From: the human T2T-CHM13v2.0 reference genome, Homo sapiens
DNA: 64,000 nt
Strand: one strand, 5' to 3'
Assembly (NCBI RefSeq): GCF_009914755.1
Contig: NC_060926.1
Under the pieces are notes generated by a model. That model searched no databases. It saw only the letters and a list, made by a program, of their open reading frames with translations, and was not told the DNA's origin. Of this stretch, positions 1-11,749 are shown piece after piece (within the stretch, counting starts at the first letter, position 1; each line of letters begins with the position of its first letter). The translations under genes and the position numbers were made by a program.

Positions 1-174
1 TTTATATCCTTGTATTTAAGTTTTGTGGCTGTCTACTTTTTAAATTTTAATTGAATCTTACTTTTGTATTCCTGTAATAAAGCACTGAACAGATTTATTG
101 AATTTAATTGTTTTATATTTATTATGCAGCTACTTCTGTGATGCTGAGAAATCTATCTGATGCTATCTACATAC

Positions 175-488
175 TGATGCTGTCCTGTATCGTAGCCAAT
201 AGTCACATGTAGCTAGTTATGTTTAAATTAATTAAAATTAAATAAAGCTGGTCATGGTGGTGCACACCTGTAGTCCCAACTAATTGGGAAGCTGAAGCAG
301 GAGGGTTGCTTGAGTCTGGAAATTCAAGACCAGCCTGGGCAACATAGTGAGAAACTGTCTCTTAAAACAATATAAATACAGTTCCTCGGTCAAACAATAT
401 TAGCCACAGGCTAGTGGCTAGTTATTGTATTGTACAGTGCAGACAGAACATATCCATCATTGCAGAAAGTTTTTTTCGGACTGAGCTG
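175..488 (-). mobile_element. MER3-like hAT-Charlie MITE, interrupted by a FLAM
   Basis: GTAGCCAATAGTCACATGTAGCTA...TAAATTAAATTAAAATT and TAGTGGCTA...ACAGTGCAGACAGAACATATCCATCATTGCAGAAAGTT match the reverse of the MER3 consensus on either side of the Alu monomer. Confidence 0.65.
247..378 (+). mobile_element. Free Alu monomer (FLAM-type)
   Basis: Single ~130-bp Alu arm GCTGGGTCATGGTGG...TTCAAGACCAGCCTGGGCAACATAGTGAGA followed by an A-rich tail. Confidence 0.85.
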
Positions 489-709
489 CCCTAGATTGTA
501 ATAGTACTGCTCCAAACTCAACATAATATTACCAGCTTTGTCAGCTACTTCATCTATCATTCTAGATCTTATATTTCTAGCAATTCAAATTTTACTTTTT
601 GGCAGTCAAATCATAACATTAATTCATATTGAACCTAAGATCAATTAAAACTCCCAGGAGTATTAATTTTTTTCTCTAGGTCCTTTCATAGTGCTTGAAA
701 GTATAATAT

Positions 710-908
710 CAAGGGTTGGCAACTTTTTCTGTCAAGGACCAGATACTAAATATTTTAGGCTTTTCATGTCCTCCAGTCTCTGTTAAAACTACTCAGTGTT
801 GCTGAAAAACAGCCATATGTGTGAAAGCAGCCATAGACACTATGTAAAGAAATTGGCATGGCTGTGTTATTTACAAAACCAGGCTGTGGGCAGTATTTTC
901 TGATCTCT
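710..908 (+). mobile_element. MER58-like hAT MITE
   Basis: CAAGGGTTGGCAACTTTTTCTGTCAAGGACCAGATACTAAATATTTTAGGCTTT...AAAGCAGCCATAGACA...TTTACAAAACCAGGC resembles MER58A. Confidence 0.7.
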
Positions 909-910
909 GG

Positions 911-1247
911 TGTCTTAGACCCTTTAGACTGCTATAACAAAATATCATAAACTGGGCCACTTATAAACAGCTGAGGCTTATTTCTCATAGATCTGGATGC
1001 TGAGAAGTCCAACATCAAGGTAGATTTGGTGTCTGTTGAGGGCCATTTTTTCCTTAAGTCCTTACATGATGGAAGGGGTAAGGCAGCTCTCTGGGGCCTC
1101 TTTTATGAGGGCCCTAATTCCATTCATGAGAGTTCCACTCTCATGACCTAATCACCTCTCGGAGGCTTCACCTCCAAATATTATTAGATTGGTGATTAAG
1201 TTTCAGCGTATAAATTCCGGGGGCACACAAATATTCAGACCATAGCA
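911..1247 (-). mobile_element. MLT1A/MST-class MaLR solo LTR
   Basis: TGTCTTAG...GCTATAACAAAATA...ATTCAGACCATAGCA (TG...CA termini); degenerate 5-bp TSD TCTGG/CCCGG. Confidence 0.85.
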
Positions 1248-1487
1248 CCCGGTCTGTGTTCACAGTCTTCACTGCTTCCTACTGTGGTGACACAGTCAGT
1301 CACCCCTGCCTCTTCCCTCTTTTTTTAAGATCAAAGTAAATCTATCTCTAAGCACTCTTTTTGTCAGATTGGAGGGAATCTGATTACAGTTGGTACTGAG
1401 GGTCCCTATTCTCAAAGATTTCATAAGAATTCTGAGGCTTACATAGTTCCCAGGAAATAAGGAAATATTAAGAAGTGCTATCACAAA

Positions 1488-1690
1488 ATGCTTATCGTAT
1501 GCTAGGCATTGTTTAAGACTGTTAGACTGAATAACTCATTTAAACCTCATACCAACCTCGCTTTACTAACGAGGAAACTGAGTTAAGAAGTTTAGCAACC
1601 TGACCAAGGTCACATCACTTGTAAGTGGCGAAGCAGTAAATCAAACCTAGACAATATTCCATTATTAGTCACTACATTATTAGTCACTTG
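1488..1690 (-). mobile_element. MIR SINE
   Basis: Core GAGGAAACTGAG...CCAAGGTCACA...GTAAGTGGCGAAGC. Confidence 0.75.
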
Positions 1691-1899
1691 AGCTTACTTC
1701 AAGGCAGAGCCTGTGTTCTGTCTCCCAACTTCCATTCTCTAAATTCTTTTTTAATGTGAAAACTCTTCCTCTCTTCTCCTATTGCTCCCAAAGACTGCAC
1801 CTCTCTCCCTTCACCCACACCCACCTCCTAAGCCCAGGATGTTAGCATAAATCTTCAATGCTTTACAAAAGACAGGGAGAGCAGTTGTCTTCTAGCAGC

Positions 1900-3220
1900 T
1901 TCTTCCATGCTGAACAAATCTATTCTTTTTGGCAAACCCACTGGACACAATCTCAGTAGTCTTCTACCTGTCCTCTTGGCAGCATTTGACATGATGGCCA
2001 CTCATTTCTCCTTGAAACCTTTTTTTCTTCAGATCCCTGTGCCCATATTTGACTTTCCTCCTGCCTCTCAGGCCAATCTTTCTCAAACTCCTTTGAGCTT
2101 TCTCTTTTTGACCTTTAAAGACTGGCTCACTCCCAGACTTATTTTTCTTCTTACCCTACACACTTTCTCTGGGTGATCACATCAAGCCAAGGGCTTTCGC
2201 TACTCTTTGCATGAAGATTGATCCCACATTCTTATCCTGGAACTTTCTGCACTCCAATCTTACCAACTGCTTAAGCAATTTGTCCACCTGTGTGTCTCAT
2301 GAGCAAATACAGCTCAGCATTTGTTAAGCGGAAATAATTATTTTCCCTCTGAAGCCTGCTGTTTCTCTTATATTCCCTTCCTCTTTGAATAGGTTTCCAA
2401 GCCAGAAATCTGCATGTCATCCGATTCCTCCTCTGACAGCCGTACCAATTACCAAGTCCTGGGAGTTTTGAAATACATTGGAAATCACTTTCAAATCCAC
2501 CCACTGCTCATGCTCCTGACTGCCACTTGCCTTCTTGCTTATATTTCTGCAACCATCTCATAATTGGCCTTCCTTCAGTCAGACTGGTTCTCCTTCCAGA
2601 GACTAGGTCTTACAATACAGCCCAAGTGGTGTTCCTAGTATACAAGTTGAATCATGTTATTCTGCATAAAATCCTTCAGGGGTTCCTTGCTGCTCTTGGA
2701 ATTAAGCATGAATTTCTTCAGCTAGCCAACAAGACCCTTCATGATCCTGACCACTCAGACCTCTCCAGGCATATCACTGAGTGTTCTTCTCTGCTTTGGG
2801 CCCTGGTCATGCTGACTCACCCACTCTGCCTGGCCCTGGAGTCTTTCCACATGCTCTTCCCTTAGCTTGGAACACTTTTTTCTTACCCTTTGTCCTCTTG
2901 GCTAACACTTGCCCATTCTACAGGTTTCTGCGGGGATAGAGATTTGTGCTCAGATGTTGTTTCCTTTAAAAGCCTTCTGTGACTTCTGGAAACCTCCCAC
3001 AGTTCCACAATCCAGGGTTAGGTGCCTCCTGTCTACTCTCATCACATTCTAGTCATAGCAGCATTTATCACACCGTGTTGCAATTGCCAGTAGGCAGCTG
3101 GTCTGTCTCAGAGACTCAGCTCTATGAAGGCGGGGAGGGTTGATCTTTTTTTTACCATTATAGCCCCAGTGCCTTGCACAATGCCTGGTATAAACTATAA
3201 ATATCTGTTGATTAAAAATG
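1900..3220 (+). mobile_element. L2 LINE 3' portion (degraded)
   Basis: GGCAGCATTTGACA...CTCCTTGAAAC near the start and the L2-type 3' end CCAGTGCCTTGCACAATGCCTGG...AAATATCTGTTGATT. Confidence 0.7.
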
Positions 3221-3330
3221 ATCAAGAACAGAAAGGAACATGGATTCGGGGAGTGAAAAAATACTTTGGGTTTAAATCCTGGCTTTTCAAAGAGGAGGAA
3301 CCAGGGTGAGCTGGCAGGCAGCATAGCAGC

Positions 3331-5082
3331 ATGGCAGAGCTGAGCAGGGCTGAGATGAAGGCTCCCCATTTGGATCACTGCCAGGACTCCCAAGGACAAG
3401 AAGGGAGTTGTGCTGTTTGACCAAATCTTGGTTCAAGGAATACAAAGACAAAATCTCTTGGAGGTTTAAGGCTCAGCAGGATCAGCTGATCCTGATCTTT
3501 GCAGGCAAGATCCTCAAGGATGGGGACACACTGAACCAGCATGGGATCAAGGACAGGCTCACTGTCTATCTGTTCACCCAGAAGTCTCAGAAGGCTCAAG
3601 TTGTGGCTGCTGCTACTGCTTCCTCACCCTCAACTCCAGACCCTGCCTCAGCATCCTCCACCGTGACTACCCACCATCCTGCAAGCCCTCCACCTCTGGC
3701 TGTACCACTTTGGATGCTGGTGGTAGAAGCCAGAAGAGCAGTGGGGAGGCAGTTGCCTTTTTAGGGGTTGGGTTGGGGCCTTTTAGTGCTACTGCATCCA
3801 AACTCTCTGGTTTTGGGGCATCCTGGGGCTCAGCAGCATGGACTTGGGCTCTACCAACTTTGTAGAGCTACAGCAGATGCAGAGGCAGCCGATGTCCAAA
3901 CTTGAGATGCTGTTGCAGATCTTAGAGAGCCTTCTGGTCCAGGACATGATGTTTAACCCTGGCCTGATGTGCCACAGATCATGGCCAACACCCAGATGCA
4001 GCAGCTGATGGGGAAGAACCCCAAGATGAGCTACTATACTCCCCAACTCAAGTTCACGAGGCAGGTGATAGAGCTTGTTTGGAATCCAGCGTGATGCAGG
4101 AGATAATGCAGAACCAGACCAGGGCCTGAGCAACTTAGAGAGCACCCCCAGAGGCTGCAATGCTCTCTACTGCATGTATACAGACATACAGGGGCCCATG
4201 TTTAGTGCTGACCAGGAACAATCCCTTCCCTTCCTTGTATAGGGACCTAGCTCATCCTCCCAACTGAGAATTGAGAGCCCCTCCCTAACCTGTGGAATCC
4301 CTCACCCCATATCTCCCAGGTTCCTGGGTCTGGTGGGGAGGGCACTGGAGGATTGGGGGCCAGCCAGATGCACTCGACAGTGTCAAACTTCTTTGCAATT
4401 AATGCAGTTAGTCTGTGGTCAGGGATGTTCAATAGCCCGGGAATACAGGCCCTCCTCTAGCAGATCTTTGAGAACTCCCAGATGATGCAGAATGTGATCT
4501 CAGCTCCCTGCATGGATAGCATGATGCAGATGCTTACCCAAAACCCTAACTTTGATGCTTAGATGCCACTTTTTTGGGGAATCCCTAAGTGCAGGAGCAG
4601 CTCTGCCTGCAGCTCTCAGTCTTCTTGTAACAGATGCAGAATGTGGAGTCACTCTCACTTTTTGTCAATTCTTGCAGATGCTGTTGTAGATACAGCAGGG
4701 ACTGGAGACTTAGTGGACTGAGGCTTCTGGCTGGTACCCAGCCTTGATTTCTTTGGGATGTTTCAGACTCCAGCACCCTTGGCAGACAGCAGCATCAGGT
4801 CTGTGCCCAAGTCTCCCAGCTCTTTCCCAGCCATGCCAGGCACAACTTCCCTAACAGGTCTTCTGATGCCCAGCAGTAGTTCATGAAGTAGATGACCCAG
4901 CTTTTGGCTGGATGTGGAAACTCACTGGTGCAGACACTAGAAGTGAAATTTCAGCAGCAACTGCAACTGGAGCAGCTCAACAACATGAGCTCAATGGTGG
5001 GGCCAACCTGTAGGCCCTGATTGCCAAAGGAGAAGACAGCAACTCAGCTATTGAGAGACTCCTGAGCTCCCTGCTCTCTTAT
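3331..5082 (+). pseudogene. UBQLN4: Processed pseudogene of ubiquilin-4 (UBL - STI1 repeats - UBA), CDS remnant; 3'UTR-like sequence probably continues to ~6080
   Basis: ATG at 3331 gives MAELSRAE (UBQLN4 MAEPSGAE). The ORF track gives RFKAQQDQLILIFAGKILKDGDTLNQHGIKD...AAATASSPSTPDPAS, nearly identical to the UBQLN4 UBL domain. Also ANTQMQQLMGKNP, QVPGSGGEGTGG and a C-terminal UBA remnant QTLEVKFQQQLQLEQLNNM...ALIAKGEDSNSAIERLLSSLLS. Spans ~1.75 kb with no introns; many frameshifts and stops (the first after ~10 codons). The symbol refers to the parent gene. Confidence 0.93.
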
Positions 5083-5999
5083 TCCCTTCGCCTGTGCCTC
5101 CTGCCTCTCCCTCACTTGATGCTAGCATTCGGTTCCTCTGTCACATCTTATCCTCTGCAGTTTTCTGTCCCTTCTCTCTTCTCTCTCGTCCTCTCCAAAC
5201 AGCTGAAGTGACTTTAGAGGCATGAGCCCCAACCCTGTAGGTCTGAGCATTTTGGTTTTACTGTGTGCCTCTAACAGAATCTTCTCTCCTCGTCCTCCCT
5301 GAGCAGAGCTATTTAAAAATTTTTCACAATTTTGATTGGTCCTGCTTCCTTGTCCCACACCACCTTTTACAATCTTCAAATCTCTCAGTGGCAGGCACAA
5401 TCAAAGAAGGAACCAACTATCTAGCTTTCTGAAACAGGGTCTTCCATCTGTACCACTAGGTAGGGTTTTGTTCATCTCATGTTTACTTTTGGTAACTCTC
5501 TTCCTCTGTCCGTACCTCCTCTCACTGCCCACCCACTCCTCAGCCTAATTAGTGGTAGAATTCACACTCTGAAGGAAGGGTAAGTGAAACAGGCTCCTCA
5601 GCCCCTATTCTGGTCACTTCATCCAGTACTCTTTCATGGGCTCTGTTAGGACTCCCAGGGCAAAGAGGAAGATACCTGTTTCCCTTTCTGAAGGAGGAGA
5701 TAAGACACAGCTCTCTGGACAGGAATTGAGAAGCTCTGGACCAGCCCAATGGAGATTGATGCAGAAGAAGAGAGAATGAGATTTTTCTGGAGGAAGCAAA
5801 TGGGGAAAGACAGCCTGAGTATAAGGCTGGGAAGTTGGAAGTGACAGGGAGTGAAAGCATAATAGCTCTCTCAGGCAGCTGAAACCAGGCCTGCGTCTGG
5901 TAGAGGAGACTTGGAGATGCTGATGGAACTGGAAGAAAGGGGCTCAGTGAAGCTAAGTGTATGGCCCACAAGTGGTCATATTGGCTCCACTTCCTCAAA

Positions 6000-6067
6000 G
6001 ACACATGTTTATGCACATGTGGGTACATGTGCATACACGTGTGTACACACACACACATACACACACA
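6000..6067. repeat. Alternating purine-pyrimidine (CA/TG) tract
   Basis: GTACATGTGCATACACGTGTGTACACACACACACATACACACAC. Confidence 0.85.
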
Positions 6068-6084
6068 ATTCCGTGAACCCAGGA

Positions 6085-6206
6085 CCTGCCTGTGTTTCCA
6101 CATCTTTAAAATGGGAAAACAGCAGAATATACTTTAAGGTTGTGAGGGTTGAGTGAATGTATATGAAGTGCTTAGAGGGCCATGGGAACAGTAACCATTA
6201 TTATTG
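6085..6206 (+). mobile_element. MIR SINE 3' half
   Basis: GCCTGTGTTTCCACATCTTTAAAATGGG...GGTTGTGAGGGTTGAGTGA...AAGTGCTTAGA...ATTATTATT. Confidence 0.7.
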
Positions 6207-6347
6207 CCTTGCATAACAAGGACATTGTCCCTCCCTGAAGGGGAGAATAATGCTTAATTTTCATTCTTATTTTCTTTTTGGAAGGGTAGAAAAGAGAACG
6301 GGAGTTGAAAGTGTTATTCCAGATAAAAAATGAGATACTGCCACTCT

Positions 6348-6585
6348 TCTATAGCTGAGAATACTATATTAAATACTTGAAATTTGCCAAGAGAGTAGAT
6401 CTTAAATGTTCTTACCACAAAAAAGGAAGACAATTATGTAAGTTGAGGTGATGAATATGTTAATTACCTTGATAGTGGTAATCACTTTATAATAAATATG
6501 TACAACAAAACATCACATTGAACACCATAAATATATACAATTTTTATTTATGAATCCTACCACGATAAAGCTGGTAAAAAAGAAG
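6348..6585 (+). mobile_element. L1MA/L1MB 3' end fragment
   Basis: TACTTGAAATTTGCCAAGAGAGTAGATCTTAAATGTTCTTACCAC...GGTGATGAATATGTTAATTA...AATATATACAATTTTTATT...ATAAAGCTGG. Confidence 0.8.
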
Positions 6586-7281
6586 ACAACAGCAACAAAC
6601 AGCCACTGTCATTCTTTCAGACATTGGGCCCCTTCAGTGCTTAGGAGAAGATGATTGTAAAAATCTAGACTTCTTCTCAAGACAGATTAAATATGGATTT
6701 GTGCTAAACCCTCACTTCTTCAGGGATTTTCTGAATATCATGCACACAGAAAAATACTGCTGTGCCTTGTGAAGTTATGGGCTCATATGAGAACAATTAT
6801 TTACAAAGTTGATGTGGAATCATTTTTAATGTTGTATATGATCAGAGAAGATGCTGGCGGGTTGCTTTTAATATGTGATTTTTCAGATTTATAATAAAGG
6901 TTTCTTTTTTCTGAATTTTCACTATTCCTCATTTTACACTGCATGAAGAAATACACATAACTCAGTTCTAATCCTTTAACTCTCAGAGAAAAAATTTCCA
7001 TGTCAGTTTTGGAAGTTTCCAAGAAATGGTGTTTCTTCTGAGAGGCTAAGAGCACAGCTTGGGGCAATTTAATACACAAATGAACAGATAACGGAAGGGA
7101 GTCATGACAATGCCATAGTTCTGTAAGTAGCAAATAACTTTCCTACAATTAGAAGGTGCATGATTTATGGTGACAGTCACTGAGAAAATAAACAGGGAGA
7201 CTGAAAAACCCTGGGTCCCACAGGGGAGGATGAGTGTGGGAGCAATGGAGGGTAAAAATCCCCAAAGAGCTGGATAATCCC

Positions 7282-7680
7282 TGTGTTAGGACATTATGTG
7301 TTGCTGTTTAATACCTGAGGCTGGGCAATTTATAAAGAAAAGAAGTTTATTCAGCTTACGGTTGTGCAGGTTGTACAAACATGGCACCAGCATTGGCTTG
7401 GCTTCTGGTGAGGCCTCAGGAAACTTTTAGTCATGGTGGAAGGAAAGGGGAGCAGGCACATCACAAGATAGAGGCAGCACATGTGGGGAAGGTGCCACTG
7501 TCTTTTAAACAATCAGATCTCATGTGAACTCATTACCACTCATTACTGGGGGGAGGGCACCTAGCTATTCATGAGGAGTTTGTCCCCATGACCCAACACC
7601 TCCCACTAGGCCCAACCTCCAACACTGGGCATCACATTTCAACGTGAGATTTGGAGGGGACAAACATCCAAACAATATCA
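7282..7680 (-). mobile_element. MST (MSTA/MSTB) MaLR solo LTR
   Basis: TGTGTTAG...AATTTATAAAGAAAAGAAGTTTATT...GCTTCTGGTGAGGCCTCAGGAAACTTT...GAGATTTGGAGGGGACAAACATCCAAACAATATCA. Confidence 0.85.
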
Positions 7681-7865
7681 AGCTCCAAGCTCTAGCATGC
7701 TAGCCTAGAGAAATAACAATCCCTAGAAGGGATTGTCATTTAAACAAGGTTAAATTTGTACAAATATGGTAACGCTATTTTAATCTCCTTGCATTAATGG
7801 AAAGCTTTTTTTCCTCTGATAATATTTCTTTTCCACCTTTTTCTAATGGGAGAAGATTGGAAAGT

Positions 7866-7955
7866 AGAGACCCATGGAGAGTTATCTCCTGACATCATAA
7901 GAGTTAATCTTGGAAGATTGTCTGTTTGTCAGGAGATAACTCTCCATGGGTCTCT
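7866..7955. repeat. Perfect 29-bp inverted repeat with a 32-bp spacer
   Basis: AGAGACCCATGGAGAGTTATCTCCTGACA (7866-7894) is the exact reverse complement of TGTCAGGAGATAACTCTCCATGGGTCTCT (7927-7955). Confidence 0.95.
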
Positions 7956-8465
7956 TGCATTTCTGTGTATCTTGTGAGTAGAGGCACTGGTTGCCTTTGT
8001 TTCAGATTTTTTGTTCAAGGATGTTTGTATAGCAAACAGCCTTGAAAGATAGCAATAAAGACAGTATCTCCCTGCAAGGAAAAGAGCAGATATGCTTACA
8101 GTTTGGGAAGGTAGAGATGGATTTTTACTTCAGAGCAAAGGCAGGCATTTTACTGCACTGATGATTTATTGCACATTATAAAATATTTGGCTTCCTGAAG
8201 CTCAGGGTCCCTCTCCTATAATTCAACTCACTGCATGTGCAGGTGTTCCCTGGCCCCTTTCACATCCCCCTGGGGAAGCTGGGTCAACCAAACTGACACA
8301 AGAAAATAAATGATAACCCTCTGGCTACTGTTATCACTGTGACTAATAAAGTCCATTGTCTCTGACCTAGGAGGCTATGTCTTCTGCCAGTATCCATGAA
8401 ACTGTGCTAGGCCAATTTCCTGTTTGCAAATAGGGTAAAATTTCAGACCCTTCAAGATTCTTCTT
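7927..8465 (+). mobile_element. ERVL-class solo LTR (LTR47-like)
   Basis: Starts TGTCAGGAGATAACTCTCCATGGGTCTC...GAGGCACTG...TTCAAGGATGTTTGTATAGCAAACAGCCTTG; AATAAA at ~8345; ends near GGGTAAAATTTCAGACCCTTCA. Subfamily assigned from memory. Confidence 0.6.
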
Positions 8466-8538
8466 TTTCTCACAAAAGTTACATTATGTTTTTCGTTAAC
8501 TGCCTGATACACCTCTAAAATATGTCTTTTCCTACACA

Positions 8539-9829
8539 CGAGGGGAGTTGATAAAGTCTGTGGAAGAATGGAATTAAGAGCTGCAAATAAAAGTTGTGAA
8601 CTTTATGTCTCAACATAAGCTCCATCAAGGTCAACACACTTCTGTAAGTGATGATCCCAGCCATTTAGTCCATTTTTTTTCATTTAGTCCATCTATAAAG
8701 AACTGAGGGTCCTGAGAATTTAACCATGTCACTGCAGTCTTTTTACATTATTAACTGAAGAAAAATGGATACCCCTTTAAGATTAGGAAACAAAAACCAA
8801 TCAGAAGGAGCCAAATCAGGACTGTAAGATGAGTGCCTAATGATTTGCTATCAAAACTTTTGCAATATTGGCTATGTTTGATAAGAGAAATGAGCAGAAG
8901 CATTGTCATGGTGGAGGACTCTCTGATAAAGTTTTCCTGGGTGTTTTTCCGCTAAAGCGATGGCTATCTCAAACCACTCTCCTAATAGCCAAATATTATC
9001 ATCCTTTCGTCCTTTAGAGAGTCCACAAGCAAAACATCTTGAGATCTCAAAACATGGTTGCCGTGAAGTTTCCTCTTGATCAATTTGCTTTTGCTTTGAT
9101 TGGACCACTTCCATTTTTTGGTACCCATTGCTTTGATTGTGCTTTGTCTTCAGGATTGTATTGGCAAAGCCATGCTTTATCTTCTGTCACAATACTTTGA
9201 AGAAATTCTTTAGGATCTTGATCCCACTTATTTAAAAATTCCATTGAAAGCTCTACTCTTGTCTGTAGATCTGGGTGCAATGCTTTTGGCACCCGCTGCA
9301 TGGAAAGTTTGCTTGACTTAATTTTTTCAGTCAGAATTATGTAAGCTGAACCAACTAGGATGTCTATGGTGTTGGCTATTGTTTGTGCTGTTAACCATCG
9401 GTCCTCTTCAATTAGGGCGTGAACAATATGAATTTTTTCCTCGAAAATTGATATGGATGGTTGCTGCTTCAGGCTTCATTTTCAACATTGTCTTGTCCCT
9501 TCTTAAAATAAGTTATCCACTTGTAAACTTCTGGTTTCTTTCAGGCATGGTTCTCCTAAACTTTTCATAAATCAAAAACTTTTCACCATTCTTCCACCCA
9601 AGCTTGACTATAAATTAGATTTTTGTTCTTGCTTCAATTTTAGCAGCATTCATGTTGCTCTGATAGGGACACCTTTCAAACTGATAGCTTATCCTTGGTG
9701 TCACAAGCTAGATCCTGTGCAGAGAGGTTATAACAAGTTGTTATGTTTATTTTGATGCAAAAAATTTAAATCCGTGCATGGGTGTTTTCATAATATGCAT
9801 TTTCTGCAAATGTTTTGAAGACCCCCTCA
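8539..9829 (-). mobile_element. Full-length Hsmar2 mariner DNA transposon (inactive)
   Basis: ~1.29 kb with degenerate TIRs CGAGGGGAGTTGATAAAGT (8539) and TTTTGAAGACCCCCTCA (to 9829), followed by TA; transposase remnants inside. Confidence 0.92.
8603..9653 (-). pseudogene. Hsmar2 DD34D mariner transposase, disrupted
   Basis: Reads MNAAKIEARTKI* from 9653; VPKALHPDLQTRVELSMEFLNKWDQDP...IVTEDKAW..YNPEDKAQSKQW; VLHHDNASAH; PYSPDLAPSD (~8800-8828); ends LDGAYVET* at 8603. Contains stops and frameshifts. Confidence 0.9.
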
Positions 9830-11409
9830 TATTTTTGGTGAAAAATCTTTGATTATTTTTTCTTTTGATTAGGATTTTGTAATATCACTTTCTGTAGAAA
9901 GAAAAGAAAATTTCACTTGCTTGTGAAAATTTCTAGCATGGTTGATGGAAATTAATTTTTTCAGTGTTAATAATTGGGATATATAAACTCTGACTCACAC
10001 ACAGATTACTCCTAGTTTGTAAGCCTGCTGTAGGTTTGTGTTTTAAGAGCAGATGAATTCAGAAAATTCTATTTCACAATATTCCCATCAAAAATACATA
10101 TGAAATATCTAAATATATATGCATGAGAGTTATAATTGTATGTGCTGTTTATAGTTAGTATATTTCTAACAAGACAGGAATGAAAGTTAAGTCCTCTACT
10201 TACAGTTTTACATATCTGATGTTTGGAAGAATTTTCCACAGACTATTTTCTGACTCCCTCCACTTCAAAGTTTATTTCTTCTCCACTACTGCATACATCT
10301 AGATGTACAGGCATCTTGGGAACATTTGTAATGAGATTTGATGTGTGATGCGAGGATCTTGCCAAGAGAGCCAGTACAGTGGGCAGGGGGAGAACCCCTG
10401 GATATCACTCCTATGCCATCATGGCATGTGGAAATGACTCTCAGCCATGAACACATATCCGCTAAACCCCAACCAAATGGGTCTCTGACTCAATTTCCCC
10501 TGAGCTGGATCCCCTGATCACCTTTGTCAACTGCACCCCAGTCCATGTGAGGATAAGTGTGCAGACAAGCAAACCAGAATGGAAAGAGACAGTCAGTGAT
10601 CTTAACTAACTGTGGTAAGTACTTTCTTTTGCAAATTTTACAAAACTATGTAACCCCGTGACCATATTTGCTACACACCCCTCTGACAGTCTGGAAAGGG
10701 ACTGATTGTAGGGCTCTGTCAGTGGACTGTGAGAACAGGGCAGGGTGGGACAGTCAAGCCAGTCTTCATCCAGCCCAGCACCAGGTACAAATAGGATCTG
10801 AATTCACACCACTCATTTCTTTTGTTTTTTTTTTTTGATGACACAGCAATGTGAAAGCAGACCGTCAGACTCTAAATAGAACACAATCCTTTCCACCCAT
10901 AATCTCGCCAGCCTGTCTCTTCTATTTATGGCCCTTTCTAGGTCTTGTCTTTCTTAATTCTTTTTCTTTTACTTCTTTTTAAAGTATAAATAATCTGTGC
11001 ACATGACTCACGATTCTTGACAATGCTTTTCCCACATTTTATTCTCAGAGAGTTGAGTACATTTTCTTTGCTCTGTATTAACAATGTCTTATTTTGAAGT
11101 TCCTTTATACCGTTTTTCTCTTATTCCTTGTCTCAGTCACCTATAAACAACACACACACGTTCTCCTACCATTATTAATAATTTCATGCATTGCCTATGA
11201 AACTCTCTGTCTTCTTCACTATCCATCCTGAGACACCTCCCTTGGGAATATCTTTCTGTTTCTTTCCCAGACTCCCAGATGCCTCAATTCCAGTGGCCTC
11301 TAATTTTTAAAATTGCTCGATTACCTGGTTTGAACTTACACTTTATCAGTCAAAATTGTTTTGCCTGCAAGACCTCAAATTCCGAAGTTTCTTTCACTTT
11401 AACTCTCCT

Positions 11410-11749
11410 ATTTTTTTATTTTTAAAATTGATGCATAATAGATGTACATATTTTGGGAGTAAATGTGATAAACTTAATATATTTATATTTATAATTTGTA
11501 AAGATCATATCAGTATAATTGGGCTATTCATCATCTTAAATATTTGTGTTATTAAAAATATTTGTGTCTTAAATATTTGTGTTTTATTTATGCTAGAGAC
11601 ATTCAAATTATTATCTTCAAGCTATATTGAAATATATAACAGATTATTGTAACCTATAGTTACCTTACTGATTTATCAAACACCCTCCTGATGTATGAAA
11701 CACTACTAGGTATTATCTCTTCTATCAAACTTTATGTTTGTACCCATTC
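11410..11749 (-). mobile_element. L1MA 3' end fragment with small internal tandem duplications
   Basis: AATAGATGTACATATTTTGGGAGTA...ACATTCAAATTA...GCTATATTGAAATATATAACAGATTATTGTAACC; AAATATTTGTGT occurs three times at 11538-11582. Confidence 0.75.

Noticed and set aside
3408-3764. 118-aa ORF containing a ubiquitin-like domain segment
   Set aside because: Starts at a non-ATG codon, lacks the N-terminal part of the UBL domain and drifts out of frame; it is a pseudogene fragment.
10300-10720. Possible exon ending at GTG|GTAAGT (10615), or an old hAT element
   Set aside because: The acceptor is ambiguous and the sequence may be a decayed DNA transposon; I cannot support either call.
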